64,000 nucleotides of DNA from Octopus vulgaris (GCA_951406725.2 OX597826.1:15128001-15192000), one strand, 5' to 3'. Positions 41,811 through 56,084 are shown, counted from the stretch's first letter. The notes: a model not told the origin generated them from the sequence alone. Numbers and translations: made by a program.

Positions 41811-44800
41811 CGTGTTATCCATGTTTTTTCCAGGCTAAGCGACTATGCTAATTAATAACGTGTCAAATTTGTCAATTAGCGGTGTCGTTAATGATTGTTT
41901 CTTTACCGCAATGATGCTGGTGACATGTATCAAAAAGTCCTCTTATAGAACTATATTCATAACAATATAGACCTATACTATCACCCTCAAATTTGAGAAA
42001 CAAACACTCATAACTTTTTTTCTTTTAAAACGCTATTGCATGAGATTGATACACTAAATTTCCTCGAATTGAATTCTGTCATTTAAATTCATTTAAAATA
42101 AAGTTAGTTTCTTAAAATAAAAAAGTTAATTATATTTAAATCCAATTTTTTGCCTTATATTTTTTTCCTGATATTTTACCTCACAACTTTTTTGATACAT
42201 ATTTTTGTTGCATGGGGCCAACACTTTGAAAATTTTCAGGCTTTTTTTTATCATTGAAGCTAAGATAGATATATTTTGCTTTTAATATATAGAAGTTATT
42301 TAAATTTAAACTTGATTGGTGGCGTTACTTACTCTCCTATAGAGTTGCTGCAAATGTTCATGTAAACTTTTTTTCTAGTGGACCAAATCTCAATTTTTTA
42401 TGTCAAAATTTAGCTAGGGACCAGTCTTCTTCAAAGATGTTAACAGTTTCCAATTTGGTCCAGAACTAAATTTGCGACAAGCTCTGAATGAGGGTGCGTG
42501 TGAGTAAATTGCGGCCTTAAGAATATTCAACTACTACCGTAGATGAATGATACATATATGCAGCGTGCATACATGCATGCACATACACAAACACCACACA
42601 CAACACCCTAGAATACACAAACACACAAACGTATTGGTAATTAGTAAGGGATTTTTCCAAACGTTTACCAGTTTGCTTCCAGTTTTATATTCAAAATAGG
42701 TTTTTCGGCAGTTAGCATCTAAATCCAGTAATAATTGTCATAAAATAAGGATTTAGAGATATATTCCGTTAAATAATTCTAAGTACATTACCTTAAAAGG
42801 ATTTACAGGTAAAGCTAATGCTATATCGTAATAATCCTCATTATTATTCTTATATATATATATCTTATATAATAAAATATAGTTTGTAACTGTGTAAGTG
42901 TATGTGTGTAAGGATGCTCCTTATGCATTCGAAAACTGAGTAGCCGATTTTAACGTTTGAGGTATCAAAAGATTCAGTAATCTTTCGGCTACCAAATAAA
43001 CTATGTTTGTTGGCACAACAACACTTTTTTCTTACAAAAATAACCTCGGAAACAAGGTTGGGTCGCACAATTTTGAGGTCTTTAGCTAAGGGAGGCAGCT
43101 CTGCCAGAACAATCATAAAATAGATGGAGTTTTACCAGGGAATAAAACTTTAGTAAATAATCTTTTGATGTGAAGTATATTTGTATTTTGTTTAGCCCAG
43201 AGATGCATAGTTTTATTTTCTTCCTGAAATACTGTAAATCTATGTCTTTCTTTTAACGAAAGTGTATGTTTTAAAAGAGATTTGGCTGCTATTTGTAGTA
43301 GTTCATGTTACCACAGACTATTTTGCACAATAATTTTAAAAGAAATCTGGACACCTTTCTTACTGCTATCATTCAACTTCAAATTACAATTGTTAATTGC
43401 TGGAAGTCAAGTAGACTGAGCGTTATCATATTGAGTGGAAATTCAATATGAAGTTTTGAACTCATTATCTTTTGGGTAGTAATCCATTACCTTAAATTTG
43501 AAGCCATTAAGTCTTTAAACATTATTTTACTGGCTTTAGTCTTTCGACTGTCGCCATAATGAGATATCACTTTAAAAAATTACTCATACGGATCGCAGTA
43601 CGTACTTCAGTTTGGCATTTATTTTACAGATCTATACTTGATGAACTGCTAACTTTAAGACATAGTAGGACACAATACTCGATTTAACGATAAATGTAAA
43701 CACACAAACACACACACATACACACCCATTAAGTGCAATAATAACCGTGTAGTTCCACGTTCAGTCCCTCTGCATGATACCTCTGACAACCACAGTCTTG
43801 TGACTTAATTTGGTAGACGGAAACTGCAACGTTGTTCACCAGAAGATGACCTAAAAACATGTTTATTAAGACGTTCTTTTCTTTTTTTTTCTCCCTCCTC
43901 CTAAATGGAGCAACTGCTGAACCTAGACTCTGCAGCTGCTGAACCTAGACTCTGCAGCTGCACAACTTGAACTCCGCAGCTGCTAGATTGATTACAAACT
44001 ACGAGTTAGCAATTGTTAATTTACCTCACCTCTTTGCCAATATTTCAATTAATTCAAGAAATTATGAGGAGTGTTAGAGACATAGGGACCAAGATATGTT
44101 TCAAGTGTGATCTGAAGAATCTCGTACCAGAGTTTAAGACAATGAAAGCCTCATATCATTATGCAAACCATTTTTTTTTACCTTTCGTTACACTGTGCTT
44201 CCAAAGCCTACACTAACTGCCATGTTATTTATAAAGTTAATCGGAAATATATTTCCATAATTTAACGATAGTTTCCTTCTCCTAAATAACGAATTTCAAA
44301 AATTTTCAAATATCAATCCTCAATAAATTTTTGACATTTTCTGCAGAAGATGGCTTATACTTGAACAGGTGAAAATCATGTTTGGAAAATTGGTCTGGTC
44401 TTATCTTTTATCTAACTGATTGAGAAAATGGTGCTCGAAATGCTTCAACAATTTTAGAGGCTTTACAAAATTGCTTTTAGAAAATATATTTCGCATGAAA
44501 CAGCTTACGTTGAAGTTTAAAGCAAATATATCAAGAATTGATGATTATCATTACAGCAATGTAACTGTTGGGCATTACTACCGCTTTTAACCCGAGGAAG
44601 AGCCTTCTCCAATAGCCGGAAGAGGCTCTTGCGGGGTTAAAAACGGTAGTAACATTGAAATATGGCGATAAACATTACTTCACAGTATAATTACTATTTC
44701 CATCTCTTATAGAGATTTTCTGTCTACTTATATTAAGAATTTCTTCCTCTCTGTGTTGAAGAGTTTCTCAGGAATTTCATCACACAAAAAAATTTGAGAC

Positions 44801-46871
44801 CTGATGATTTAAGTACAATTAATGTCATTGATCTTAGAATATCGCTCAGGATACTTCGCAAATATTGTTGTGTCATTTCCGAAATAATTTCGAGTAAATA
44901 TTTTTAATTTCTTTTTTGTTTTACAAAGCAAATATTTAAGGTCTTTTATCACGAGAACTGTTTGTTAACTGAGAGTTGCTCGAGGCATTGAATCCAACTG
45001 ATGCTATTGAGAGAAAGACAAAATGAATCATTCCAGTATAATTATGAAACTTCCATAATAGTTCTCGAAAAATATTATAAAAAAGTTAATAAAGAGTTGA
45101 CGGAGTCCATTATGCAGAATCAACCTCTAAATCAAAAAAATTGCCAATAAAATTTTAATTTAATTAATCCTTGCCAAAATAGGGTGACTTCATACCGCTT
45201 CCTTTCGTTGACAACATTTATGATCACTCTCTTTTTACTGCCGCATTTTTCAGAAATTGCTAAAAAAAAAATTTCACCTTACTCATCAACAATAAAGTTA
45301 AAAATAGCATCGTTTCCTCAACGCCCACCTTAATTGCGTTAACGAGATTCAAATCTTTGCACGATGCCATTAACTGCATGAAATGGAATCCACAGTAGTC
45401 TTGTGAGAGCTTGCCAGAAAAACTGATAAAGCAATGAAGTAGTTTAATGAATATATTCTCTTTTAATATAATAGAAGCAAAGTTAAACATATTCTTATCT
45501 GTTTAATGTTTTATATCGTCTTTGAATTGCTATTTAAAAATTACTACGTTTTCGTGTATTTCGGTGGGCTTCCGTGAAAAATTTATTATCAGAAAATAAG
45601 CTTCAGCAACCCAGGGATTCACATGACGCTACACACCATAACATTCACAAATTAAGCGAATTACGGTTCGTTTTCCCAGCAAGATCGTTTTAACTCAAGA
45701 CTGTACGTATGTTAAACTCCGGTGTGAAACATGAACCTACGACTGTATATCGCAAATAACTCTCTTAAGTACTACGATCATGTAATCAAGTTGGTCGTTG
45801 TATGTCTCTTTCTATCATTTCGAGTGCTGACTTTATGAAGGTGCCCCCCACTAAAAAGCTATTCACTGCTTTTAGTGTCGTGTTTGTGTCAGCGATCCAG
45901 GCGAGTGAGTGAAGAGGTGATGTCTGACGTAAAGTGTAGCCAATAGACATGACGGCTGATATATTGCTGCACAATAAATCAACGTTTTCATTTATTTCAA
46001 GTGGCTTCTATCGATCTTCTGGCATGCGAAGACATTTAACTTTCACTAAGAGCAGAAAGTCAGATGGTGTACTATTAAATATTGTTTTTTGAAAGCCATC
46101 ACTTCTTACTCATGTTAGTGAAAAGTGATTCCGTTGCCTCTGTTTCTATCTTCGTGTGTATGAATTTCCATTCTATATCTAAAGTGCTTTGTTTGCACAT
46201 ATATTACCTTTCACCCACGATGTATCTGTCAAAATTAGGAACTAAAAAAAAAAAAAAAGAAGCAAAAGCATTTGTTTAAACAAGCGGTGCTTCACCTAAA
46301 ACAACTGGTATGTTTTATGGCAAGAGACTTAGTAACTGCCTATACAAAGCGTTCTATGGCGTGAAACTTTAAGAACACGCAAATCACAATTTTCACAAAA
46401 ACACAAGTGGTAAAGGAAAATATAATTGGTTTAAAGGAATCGCAAGTCTTGGCTCCAAGGAGGAGGGTTCAATCTTGTCTTTCGACTTGCTAGAAAAACC
46501 GACCGAATCTTTCTCAAATCACATCTTAGCGTCTCATAAGGGAAATGACAATAGATAACAACTCTATACGCCTGATGTTTGATATCACTTAGAGATTATG
46601 AGTTCAAATCAAGCTATAAATGGGGAGTGTTTTCCTATTGCCTTTAAGGCAGATGATACATTTATCTTCATATATCTTCCATTGTAGAAAAATTGAACCC
46701 ACAAAATTCGTTGCAATTTCATGTAACTGATATCGAGTAAACATCAGCTATGATAATTAAAAGTTAATGGAGTGAAAATTGTCATTAGCAACTCATTTTG
46801 CATGGTTAAACTATGAAGGGTTGTACATCCTTCGTTTTCTTTTTTCGCTTTCTTCTCTATATGTATGAATG

Positions 46872-46915
<44 letters not shown>

Positions 46916-46926
46916 TATATTTATTG

Positions 46927-47410
46927 GGGCACAGGCGTTGTTGTGTAGTAAGAAGCTTGTTTTCCAACCACACGGATCCGGATTCAGTCCCACTGCATGG
47001 CACCTTGGGCAAGTGTCTTTTACTATACCCTCGGCGGTCCATCAAGGCTTTGTAAGTGGATATGGAAGAGGGAAACTGAAAGCCCGTCGTATACACACAC
47101 ACACACACACACACACATACATACATACATACACATATAACGGGCTTTATATATATGTGTATATACATTTATATACCTGTGTGTGACTTTGTGCTTGCGT
47201 TTGTACCACCCTCCACGGCTTGACAACCGGTGTTGGTGTGTTTACATGTCAGTAACATAGCGGTTCGGCAAGAGTAGGGGATGTAATAAGTACCAGGCTT
47301 TCAAAAGAGTAGCAGGGTCAGTTCATTCGAATAAAAATTCTTCAAAGAGCTGCCCGAGCATGGCCGCAATCTAATTAAAACAATCTAATTAAAACAAGTA
47401 AAAGATAACA
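46927..47410 (+). mobile_element. SINE family A, full length, diverged
   Basis: Head, accttgggcaagtgtctt, internal (CA)n and tail. Confidence 0.85.
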
Positions 47411-48547
47411 GATAAAAATACCTAAATAACATTTACATATATTCATGCATAAGTGTTTACAAGTGCTTAATTTTATACCTATGTCACACCAAGGACCAAA
47501 CCCAGAGTCAAATCTATGGTTTAAATTGGATTTGGTACTTCAGTATCCAACCCATATTTGTATATCTTCAGCATCCATTGGATTTGCATATCTTCATCAT
47601 CCAACCCATATTTGATACCGTCAATGCTGTTTACCTCACTGTGAGATCTATGTTATCACACCTAGCTCTTTGTGATGTCCTACCTGTTGATGCACCTTAG
47701 ATCTAAAGAATCCTTATAACCAAATCTCTCCCCCTCTCTCCCCCGTTCTCTCTCTTTCTCTCTCACTCCCCGTCTCTCCCCCTACTTATGAATATATCTT
47801 TATCTTTCATTTGTTCCAGTCATCATCTGCAGACAAGCTAGGGCTTTGCCTTGAACGGCTTAGCGGACACAAATACTTATATTTTTAAAGCCAGGTTCTT
47901 ATTCTATAAGACTCTTTTGCAAAACAACTGTTACGGGAACTTAAACCATCAAGGATTTCAAGCGATGGTGGGAAAAAGCTCAAGTACAACTCCAAGAGAG
48001 AGAGACACACACAAGAATATCGTCATGCATGTATGCATGCATGTATGTATGTATGTATGTATGTATGTATGTATACACACACATAAACACGCACATAATA
48101 CACACACACACACACACACATATATATATGTTCGCCAGCCAAAACCACTCACAAGGATTTAGTCGGCTTCAGGCTATTGCAGAAAACACCTCCCTAAAGT
48201 GCCACTACTACGGATTGAGGTGTCCTACCTGTTGATGTACCTTAGTTCTAAAGAATCCTTATAACCAAATCTCTCCTTTCACTCTCTCACGTTCTCTCTC
48301 TTTGTACTTCACTCCCCGTCTCTCCCCCTATATATCTTTACAATGGTCAACGCATTGAGCCATTATAAATACCGCAAGACATTTTGTTCGATCTAACGAT
48401 TCTGCCAAATCACCACATTTGTCTCCAATATACTTTTATAAAGCGCCATAATCAAAGACACAAAGTCGTATAATTACATGTATACATACATACATACATA
48501 CATACGTACATACATACATACACATACATACATACATGCATACATAT

Positions 48548-48604
<57 letters not shown>

Positions 48605-48607
48605 ATA

Positions 48608-50491
48608 ACGGGAAGCTTTATGAAAATAAACAAAAGACGAAGGCAGGTGGAAAACAAACGAACAATTGTATTAGTATGGCGCTCAGGAAATATAAATAAA
48701 ACAAGTCTTTAACGTTTCGATACGCTCTTCAACAGAAAGATACACAGAGAGAGAAAGACACAGAAAGAAGGAGAGAAAAAAAATGCGTGCAGTTGCGAAC
48801 GAATCAACATGGCGATCTGATTTCGGCCAGAGGTCAAAGATCAAACATGAGACGCGAGAGCGAAATAAGGGGAGATAATAGGGTTGAGGGACCAGCTAAA
48901 AGTGCGTGGGAGGGGTCTGGATGTGTGTATGTATAGGGTTGGTGTATGTATTAGTATGTATAAGGGGTGTGTGTGTGTGTGTGTGTATGAGAGAGTATTA
49001 GTGCGTAGGATTGGTCTGGACGTGCGTATGTATGGGGTTGGTGTATGTATTAGTATGTATTAGTATGTATTAGTACGTATTGGTATGTATAGGTGTGTGT
49101 GTGTGTGTGTGTGAGAGAGTATAAGTGCGTATGCGGGGTCTGGACGTGTGTATGTATAGGGTTGGTGTAAGTATTAGTATGTACTAGTATGTATTAGTAC
49201 GTATTAGTATGTATTAGTTGGTGTGTGTATTAGTATGGCACATCATATGTGATGTGATGTGTAAAGTCATGTGGTGTAGTGAGGAGAAGCGGGGGAGGGG
49301 GATGAAGGAGGAAAGAGGGAGAGGGGGAGAGAGAAGGGGAGAGAGGGAGTGAGGGAGCAGAGGGAAGGGGAAGAGGGAGGGAGAAAGAGGGAAGAAGGGA
49401 AGGGGAGTAGGGGTGAAAGGATGAAGGACTGAAGAAGTAGGGGTCGGGGGGAGAAAGGATAGGTGAGGAGGGGGGAGAGGGGGTTAGATGAGGAGGGGGG
49501 AGAGTTGAGACCAAATGGCGTATAAGAGCGAAGAGAGAAGATTAATTCCTGTTCACGGCGCAAACGGGAATCCGGATGGCCTCTGTGTAAGGACAAACCG
49601 AACACAGATAGGTGTTGCAAGGAGTGACCGGTGGAGCGGAAATGGCGTGAGACCGGTGTGTCGTTCGCAAGGTGGATGTCACGAAGGTGTTCCGCGAACC
49701 GGTCAGCCAAGCGGCGTCCCGTTTGTCCGATGTACAAGGAATTGCAGAGAGAGCAAGAGATGCAATAGATAATATTGCTGGAGGTGCAGGTGAAGGAGTG
49801 GATGATGGGATAGGGTCGATGGTGGGTGCTAGTGAGGCGGGTGGTGTTGGAGAGGTAAGGGCAAGTGCGGCAACGTGGGCGGGAGCAGGGGAACGAGCCG
49901 GGTTGGGAGGTAGTGTCAGGGAAGGAGCTATGGACCAAAAGGTCTCGAAGGTTGTGGGCTCGTTTGAAAGAGGGGAGGGGTCGGTTAGGGAAGAGGTGTG
50001 AAGTGGACGGGTCGGACTGGAGATGACGGAAAGCTCGAAGAATGGTGCGTTGGAGACGTAGGGTCGTGGGGTGGTAAGTGAGGGGAAAAGGGAGGCGGGA
50101 GACTACAGGGCGGGTTCGGGGAGAGAGAGCAGATACACGGTCCACGGACCGTGCTCTGGCAAGGGCGGTGTGGATAATGGTGAGGGGGTATCCACGTAGG
50201 GTGAAGTGGTGAGCCATACGTTGAGACTGAGTCTCAAAGTCATGGTCGTCACTACAGAGCCTACGTAGACGGAGGAATTGGGAATAGGGGATGGAAAGCT
50301 TGGTGTGTTCTGGGTGGGAGGAAGAGAAGTTGATGTATGAGTGTGAGTCTGTGTGTTTGTAGTGAATGGAGGTGGTAAGAGTGGAGTCAAGAATGCTAAC
50401 CGAAATGTCGAGGAAGGAGACAGAGGTGTTGGAAATAGTGGAAGTGAAGTGGAGGGCTGGATGGAAAGATTGGACGAAAGAGAGGAAGGAA

Positions 50492-50493
<2 letters not shown>
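48608..50493 (-). mobile_element. 5'-truncated Penelope-like element (Neptune-type) with 3' UTR/pLTR, flanked by (TA)n on both sides
   Basis: RT end and thumb (SFLDI..TSIHYKHTDSHSYINFSSSHP..KLSIPYSQFLRLRRLCS), Cys linker CSRPRCRTC, GIY-YIG (NIIYCISC..LYIGQTGRRLADRFAEH..FGLN); terminal HHR-like motif at 48706-48740. Confidence 0.95.
49267..50493 (-). CDS. PLE ORF C-terminal part: RT thumb plus GIY-YIG endonuclease (uninterrupted)
   Basis: Open frame from D36 of the 443-aa ORF; the first 35 aa of the ORF-track protein come from a SINE head and (TA)n and are artefactual. Confidence 0.9.
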
Positions 50494-50533
<40 letters not shown>

Positions 50534-50825
50534 GGTGTAGGAGTGGCTGTGTGGTAAGTAGCTTGCTTACGATCCACATGGTTCCGGGTTGAGTCCAACT
50601 GCGTATATTAAATCCAAGCTGTGTTATTTGTTTATTCGCATAATCGTTTCCATATCTGCTCACCAGGTCTCCTCATTTAGCTACTTTTCCCCCTACGGAC
50701 GTGGTCCCTCGTAAAGGGATCAAGTTCGAATCCTTTGAGCGCTACTAAGTGTTTTCTATATCGAGATTGTCTGGATGTCACCTGTTGACTCTCTATATAT
50801 AATTATATGAATATATATATATCTA

Positions 50826-50972
50826 GTTGAAATTTACAGAAAAACAAAAGACTTACACAGGTGTAAAAAAAAAAAAAACTACAAGCAGGTGTATTCATTT
50901 GACGCTCGGCAAGGTGAGAAAGGCTTTTACGTTTCGAGCCTACGCTCTTCAACAGGAGGAAATGAACAAAGA
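50826..50972 (-). mobile_element. Solo Neptune-like PLE 3' terminus with an HHR-like motif (50924-50959)
   Basis: cttttacgtttcgagcctacgctcttcaacag is identical to 16978-17009; stem I is poorly paired. Confidence 0.7.
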
Positions 50973-51058
50973 ATATATATATACATATATACATACATAC
51001 ATACATACATATATATGTGTGTGTGTGTATATGTGTGAGTGTGTGTGGTGTGTATGCA

Positions 51059-51097
<39 letters not shown>

Positions 51098-51114
51098 GTG
51101 TTTGTATTGGTATA

Positions 51115-51510
51115 TTCGCGGCTGTCTGGCAAGATGCTTCCCAACCACTCGGTTCCAGGTTCAGTCCCACTGCATGGCACCTTGCCCAAGCGTCGTCTAC
51201 TTTAATAAGCTCGGGCCGACCAAGGCGTTCTAAGTGGATTAGGTAAACGGAAACTGAAAGAAACCCGTCGTATATAATATTTATATATATATGTATGTTT
51301 TTGTGTGCCTGTATTTGTCCACCCGCTATCGCTTGACAACCAATGTTTGTGTGTTTACGTCCCTGTAAGCTAGCGGTTCGGCAAAAACGACCGATAGAAT
51401 TAGTAATAGGCTTACAAATAATATATCCAGGGGTCGATTTCTTCGAACAAAAGGCGGGGGTTCCAGCATGACCCTAGTCAAATGACTGATACAAGTAAAA
51501 GAATAAAAGA
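51115..51510 (+). mobile_element. SINE family A
   Basis: Head ggttcagtcccactgcatggcaccttgcccaag through tail gactgatacaagtaaaag. Confidence 0.85.
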
Positions 51511-51768
51511 ATGAAGGAATATATAAGTATATATGTATATACGTGCATACATTCACATATACATACATACATGCATACATACAGACAGACAGACAGACAG
51601 ACAGACATGCATGCATACATACATATATACATGCATATATACATACATACATACATATATACATACATATATACATACATACATATATACATGCATATAT
51701 ACATACATACATACATACATACATACATTACATCCATCCATCCATCCATCCATCCATCCAACCATACA

Positions 51769-51804
<36 letters not shown>

Positions 51805-52037
51805 TACATACATACACACACACATACATACATACACACACACATACTTACATACATACATATATACGCACATGCATACATACATACATGCATACACACA
51901 TACATACATGCATACACACATACATACATACATACATACACACATACATACGTACATACATATATACATACGCACACATACATACATACATACACACACA
52001 TACATACATACATACATACACACACATACATACATAT

Positions 52038-52235
52038 GTGCGGTCGCATGGTTTAGTGTCGAGGGTGCTGCACTCGCGATCGCGAGTTCAAGGTTTCAAT
52101 TCCCCGACCGAGCGGTGCATCGAGATCTTGAGCAAAACACTTCATCTCACGTCCCTCTGCGATCAATTCAACACCTGACGCATGGTACACAGTGCCACCT
52201 GTTCAGACAACGATTTGATGAAGAAAGGGAGCCAA
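52038..52235 (+). mobile_element. tRNA-derived SINE head, related to 60755-61127, degenerate
   Basis: gcatggtttagtg (A-box)...ggtttcaattcc (B-box)...cttgagcaaaacactt. Confidence 0.55.
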
Positions 52236-52787
52236 TGAGCGGCACGAACATTTTATCATTACAAGAAAATCGATTAAAGCGGCCGCACATTAAAACTTTA
52301 TCACTCAACTTGATCTGCTTTACTTCTGTTATAGAATAATTAGTGATGGACATTATAAGCATTCGGAGGATAAATCTAGAATATAGTTCCATGGGAATTA
52401 TTTTGTATTTGACAACGCTCTGTTCTGAGACCGAGGGCTTATCTTTATTTCAATAATAAAAATCATAACTTTTATTTCTTTACACTCTTTCGCATGCTTT
52501 TTTCTTAATTATTCTTAATGATTATCGTAGGATTTTAACATAAAAGCGTAATATTTACTTCAAAAGGGTGGAAAAGAATTGTAATTATTAGAATTTTGCA
52601 ATACAGGAAGAGAAAATAAAAGAGACAAAAAGAATTGAAATTTATAATATGGTGTAAGGGAGGTAACCCTGGGAATATGTTAAAGTACCTTCCCTTGAAA
52701 ACACCGGTCTTAGAATCATCACTACTAGGACGCTGATAACAAATGCTTTATGTACCTCTGTTCGTTATCTATATTATGTATGTAGAC

Positions 52788-52835
<48 letters not shown>

Positions 52836-52921
52836 TAACATACACAACAAGTATATATATCGTTTGTAGAAAACATAAATCCGAAAGAAGAGCACACTCT
52901 AAGATGTAGAGCAGTATATAT

Positions 52922-53076
52922 GAGTGGCTGTGTGGAAAGTAGCTTGCTTACCAACCTCATGGTTCCGGGTTCAGTCCCACTGCGTGGCACCTTGGGCACG
53001 TGTCTTCTAATATAGCCTCGGGCCGACCAAAGCCTTGTGAGTGGATTTGGTAGACGGAAACTGAAAGAAGACCGTC

Positions 53077-53122
<46 letters not shown>

Positions 53123-53345
53123 ATGTGTGTGTATATGTTTGTGTCTGTGTTTGTCCCTCCCAACATCGCTTGACAACCGATGGTGGTGTGTTTACGTCCC
53201 CCGTAACTTAGAGGTTCGGCAAAAGAGACCGATAGAATAAGTACTAGGCTTACAAAGAATAAGTCCCGGGGTCGATTTGCTCAACCAAAGGCGGTGCTCC
53301 AGCATGGCCACAGTCACATGACTGAAACAAATAAAAGAATAAAAG
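52922..53345 (+). mobile_element. SINE family A, full length, young
   Basis: Near-identical to 36335-36730 and 54141-54525. Confidence 0.92.
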
Positions 53346-53364
53346 AGTATATATATATATATAA

Positions 53365-53527
53365 TTTATATAATTAGGGTTTAGCAAAAAATTTGCTTTG
53401 CCACAATATTTTTGCTGAACCCTAATTATATAAAGTAATGTTTAGGTTTACCGTAAATGGTCCTTTTAACATACTGAACACTGCTTGGTAAAATTATTAA
53501 TTACTAATTAATTAATTAATTTTACCC

Positions 53528-53532
<5 letters not shown>
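53365..53532 (+). mobile_element. Short element with a terminal hairpin, same family as 15691-15990
   Basis: 26-bp inverted repeat 53365-53390/53409-53434 with 1 mismatch, followed by a homologous tail; lies between (TA)n and (TTA)n. Confidence 0.55.
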
Positions 53533-53589
<57 letters not shown>

Positions 53590-54060
53590 CATACATATAT
53601 ATATATGTTTGTAAAGCTTCGTACTTATTCCATTAGCCGCTTTTCCCGAACCGCTAAGTTACGCATATGTAAACGCACCAACATTGGTTGTCAAGCGGTG
53701 ATGGTGGTGGGGGTACAAACACACACATACGGAGACACATACGGGTGCACGCATACACCTACACACCCACACACATGTACACACACGCACAGACACACAG
53801 ACACACAGACACACACTTGCGCACACGATGGGCTTCTTTCAGTCTCAGTTCCTCACACTGGGCTTTGGTCGACCTGTGGCTATAGCAAAAAAAAAAAATT
53901 TGCCCTATGTTCCTCGCAGTAAGACTGAACCCGAAGCCATGACTTTGGAAGTATAAGTTCTTGGCCCACAGCCACATACATCTATATATCTACACATATA
54001 TTGATGTACGTGTGCATATTTATCTATCTATCTATCGATCTATTTATATACATACATACA

Positions 54061-54137
<77 letters not shown>

Positions 54138-54140
54138 TTT

Positions 54141-54525
54141 TTACTTGTTTCAGTCATTTTGACTGCGGCCATGCTGGAGCACCGCCTTTAATCGAGCAAC
54201 TCAACCCCGGGACTTATTCTTTGCAAGCCCAGTACTTATTATATCGGTCTCCTTTGCCGAACCGCTAAGTGACGGGGACATAAACACACCAGCATCGGTT
54301 GTCAAGCAATGCTAGGGGGACAAACACAGACACACAAACATACACGCACATACACATATATACGACGGGCTTCTTTCAGTTTCCGTCTACCAAATCCACT
54401 CACAAGGCTTTGGTCGGCCCGAGGCTATAGTAGAAGACACCTGCCCAAGGTGCCACGCGGTGGGACTGAACCCGGAACCATGTGGTTGGTAAACAAGTTA
54501 CTTACCACACAGCCACTCCTGCGCC
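54141..54525 (-). mobile_element. SINE family A, full length, young
   Basis: Complete reverse-complement copy ending ccactcctgcgcc. Confidence 0.92.
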
Positions 54526-54535
54526 TATATATTTG

Positions 54536-54583
<48 letters not shown>

Positions 54584-55354
54584 ATATGCACACACACGTG
54601 TGTGTGTTGTAATACCTGAAGTTTCGAGGGCCCTTATCTCTTCTGTACTTTTCCCAAAACCGCAGACATCTACATGGTATATATATGACTGCATTCTAAA
54701 AATACTTTTGCCTTATTTTATCTGAACAAACACATGAACCCATATCATGGCAGAAAATGTTCATGAGGCTAGCGTTGTTCATCTCTCTTTTATGAGGAAG
54801 CGAAAAAGAGTGTTTTGGAGTAGGTTGTGACTCCAAGACTTTCCCCATCTCACTTAACTTAGTTCAATTATGTGTGGTGGCTCCCTGTCCACGATGTCAT
54901 TCCGCCGGTCACTGTGTTTCTAGATGAAGCAGGATAGGGACGTGGAAATTTTCTTATTCCTGTAATTGAAGGGTTACACCCCTCTTTAAAAATTGCCGAG
55001 TACACCTCCCTTTAAAATCGCAATCTCACACCTTGTCTCTGCGTGAGACTACACATACTCTTCGACGTTTATATGTTTGTATTACAGGTTTTGAAGAATG
55101 GGAGGAGATTAAATAATCGATCCTGTATCCATTTTGTGTTAACTTATGGGGAAGGATTGTGAACCAGTGGTGGGTGGACGAACAAAAAGCCTCAAACAAA
55201 AGTACATGTACACATTTACATTTTGGCCGTATTCCACACAACTTCTGTCCAAAACATTCGCTCGTAAGCGTTTGGTTGACCAAAGGCTATAGTACAATAC
55301 ACTTGGCCAAGCTGGCACAGTGCGGGACTAAATTCGAATCCACCAGTCACCATG

Positions 55355-55550
55355 ATAGATCGTTAGCCACCACAAACATTTTTTTCTCTCCTTGTTTCTC
55401 TCCTTGTTTTTTTTCTGTGTCCCTTTCTGTAGAAGAGCGTATGCTCGAAACGTAAAAGACGTTTTCTATTCCTGAGCGTTATACTAATACATCTGTTTGT
55501 TTTGTACACCACCTGTCTTCGTCTTTTGTTTTTTTCGTAAACTGTCTCTA
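55355..55550 (+). mobile_element. Solo Neptune-like PLE 3' terminus with an HHR-like motif (55423-55458)
   Basis: cttt CTGTAGA agagcgtatgctc GAAA cg TA aaag; the rest is the reverse complement of 16887-17059. Confidence 0.75.
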
Positions 55551-56084
55551 TATAGAGATTACATCTATTCCAGTTTATTGAATAGTCTAGCTTGCTAAAT
55601 GATTATTTCCTCAATATCATTGTCAACGGATCATTCTTTGAGGTGATAGGGCTAATTAGGTAATTTGTCTGCATTTCAGCGTGTCTAAAGTATCAATTAT
55701 GGTCAAACTACCGCAACTCAATTTTCATTCAGTATTACCCTATAATGTTTGTGCTATATTACGTGACTAAGTGTATCTAGTGTATTTGTCTTTAATTGCT
55801 CTAGCATTGATCTATCATCGTCTGATACTCCAGAGTGCTTAATAACCATGCTTTACTTCTGAGAATTAGCAAATAAATTCCAATATTCGCTTGATACGAT
55901 TTCAATAATAACAAAGATACATTGAATGCTTTTATGTTATCAAGCTTGCACTTCGCTATTTACCCTTCTTTCTTTGATACTGCAGGAAAACAAAACTGGA
56001 AACGACTTCATTTCTTTGAGACCTGGAAACAAAGTGTCGCGGAAATACTCTGGGTTTAGCAGCACATGCTTAAATATTCTTATC

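Noticed and set aside
44000-45500. Possible decayed hAT transposase (SCESLPEKLIK resembling SCERSFSKLKLIK)
   Set aside because: Single weak motif, no supporting frame or termini.
50494-50598. N-terminus of the 443-aa ORF
   Set aside because: Comes from an antisense SINE head and (TA)n; not part of the PLE protein.
50700-50748. tRNA-like gttcgaatcc B-box; also the SINE heads as tRNA genes
   Set aside because: No complete cloverleaf; the SINE heads are tRNA-derived but are not tRNA genes.
54609-54648. Minus-strand CAGAAGA...GAAA cttcagg TA motif
   Set aside because: Core mutated and stem I out of register; too degenerate to call.
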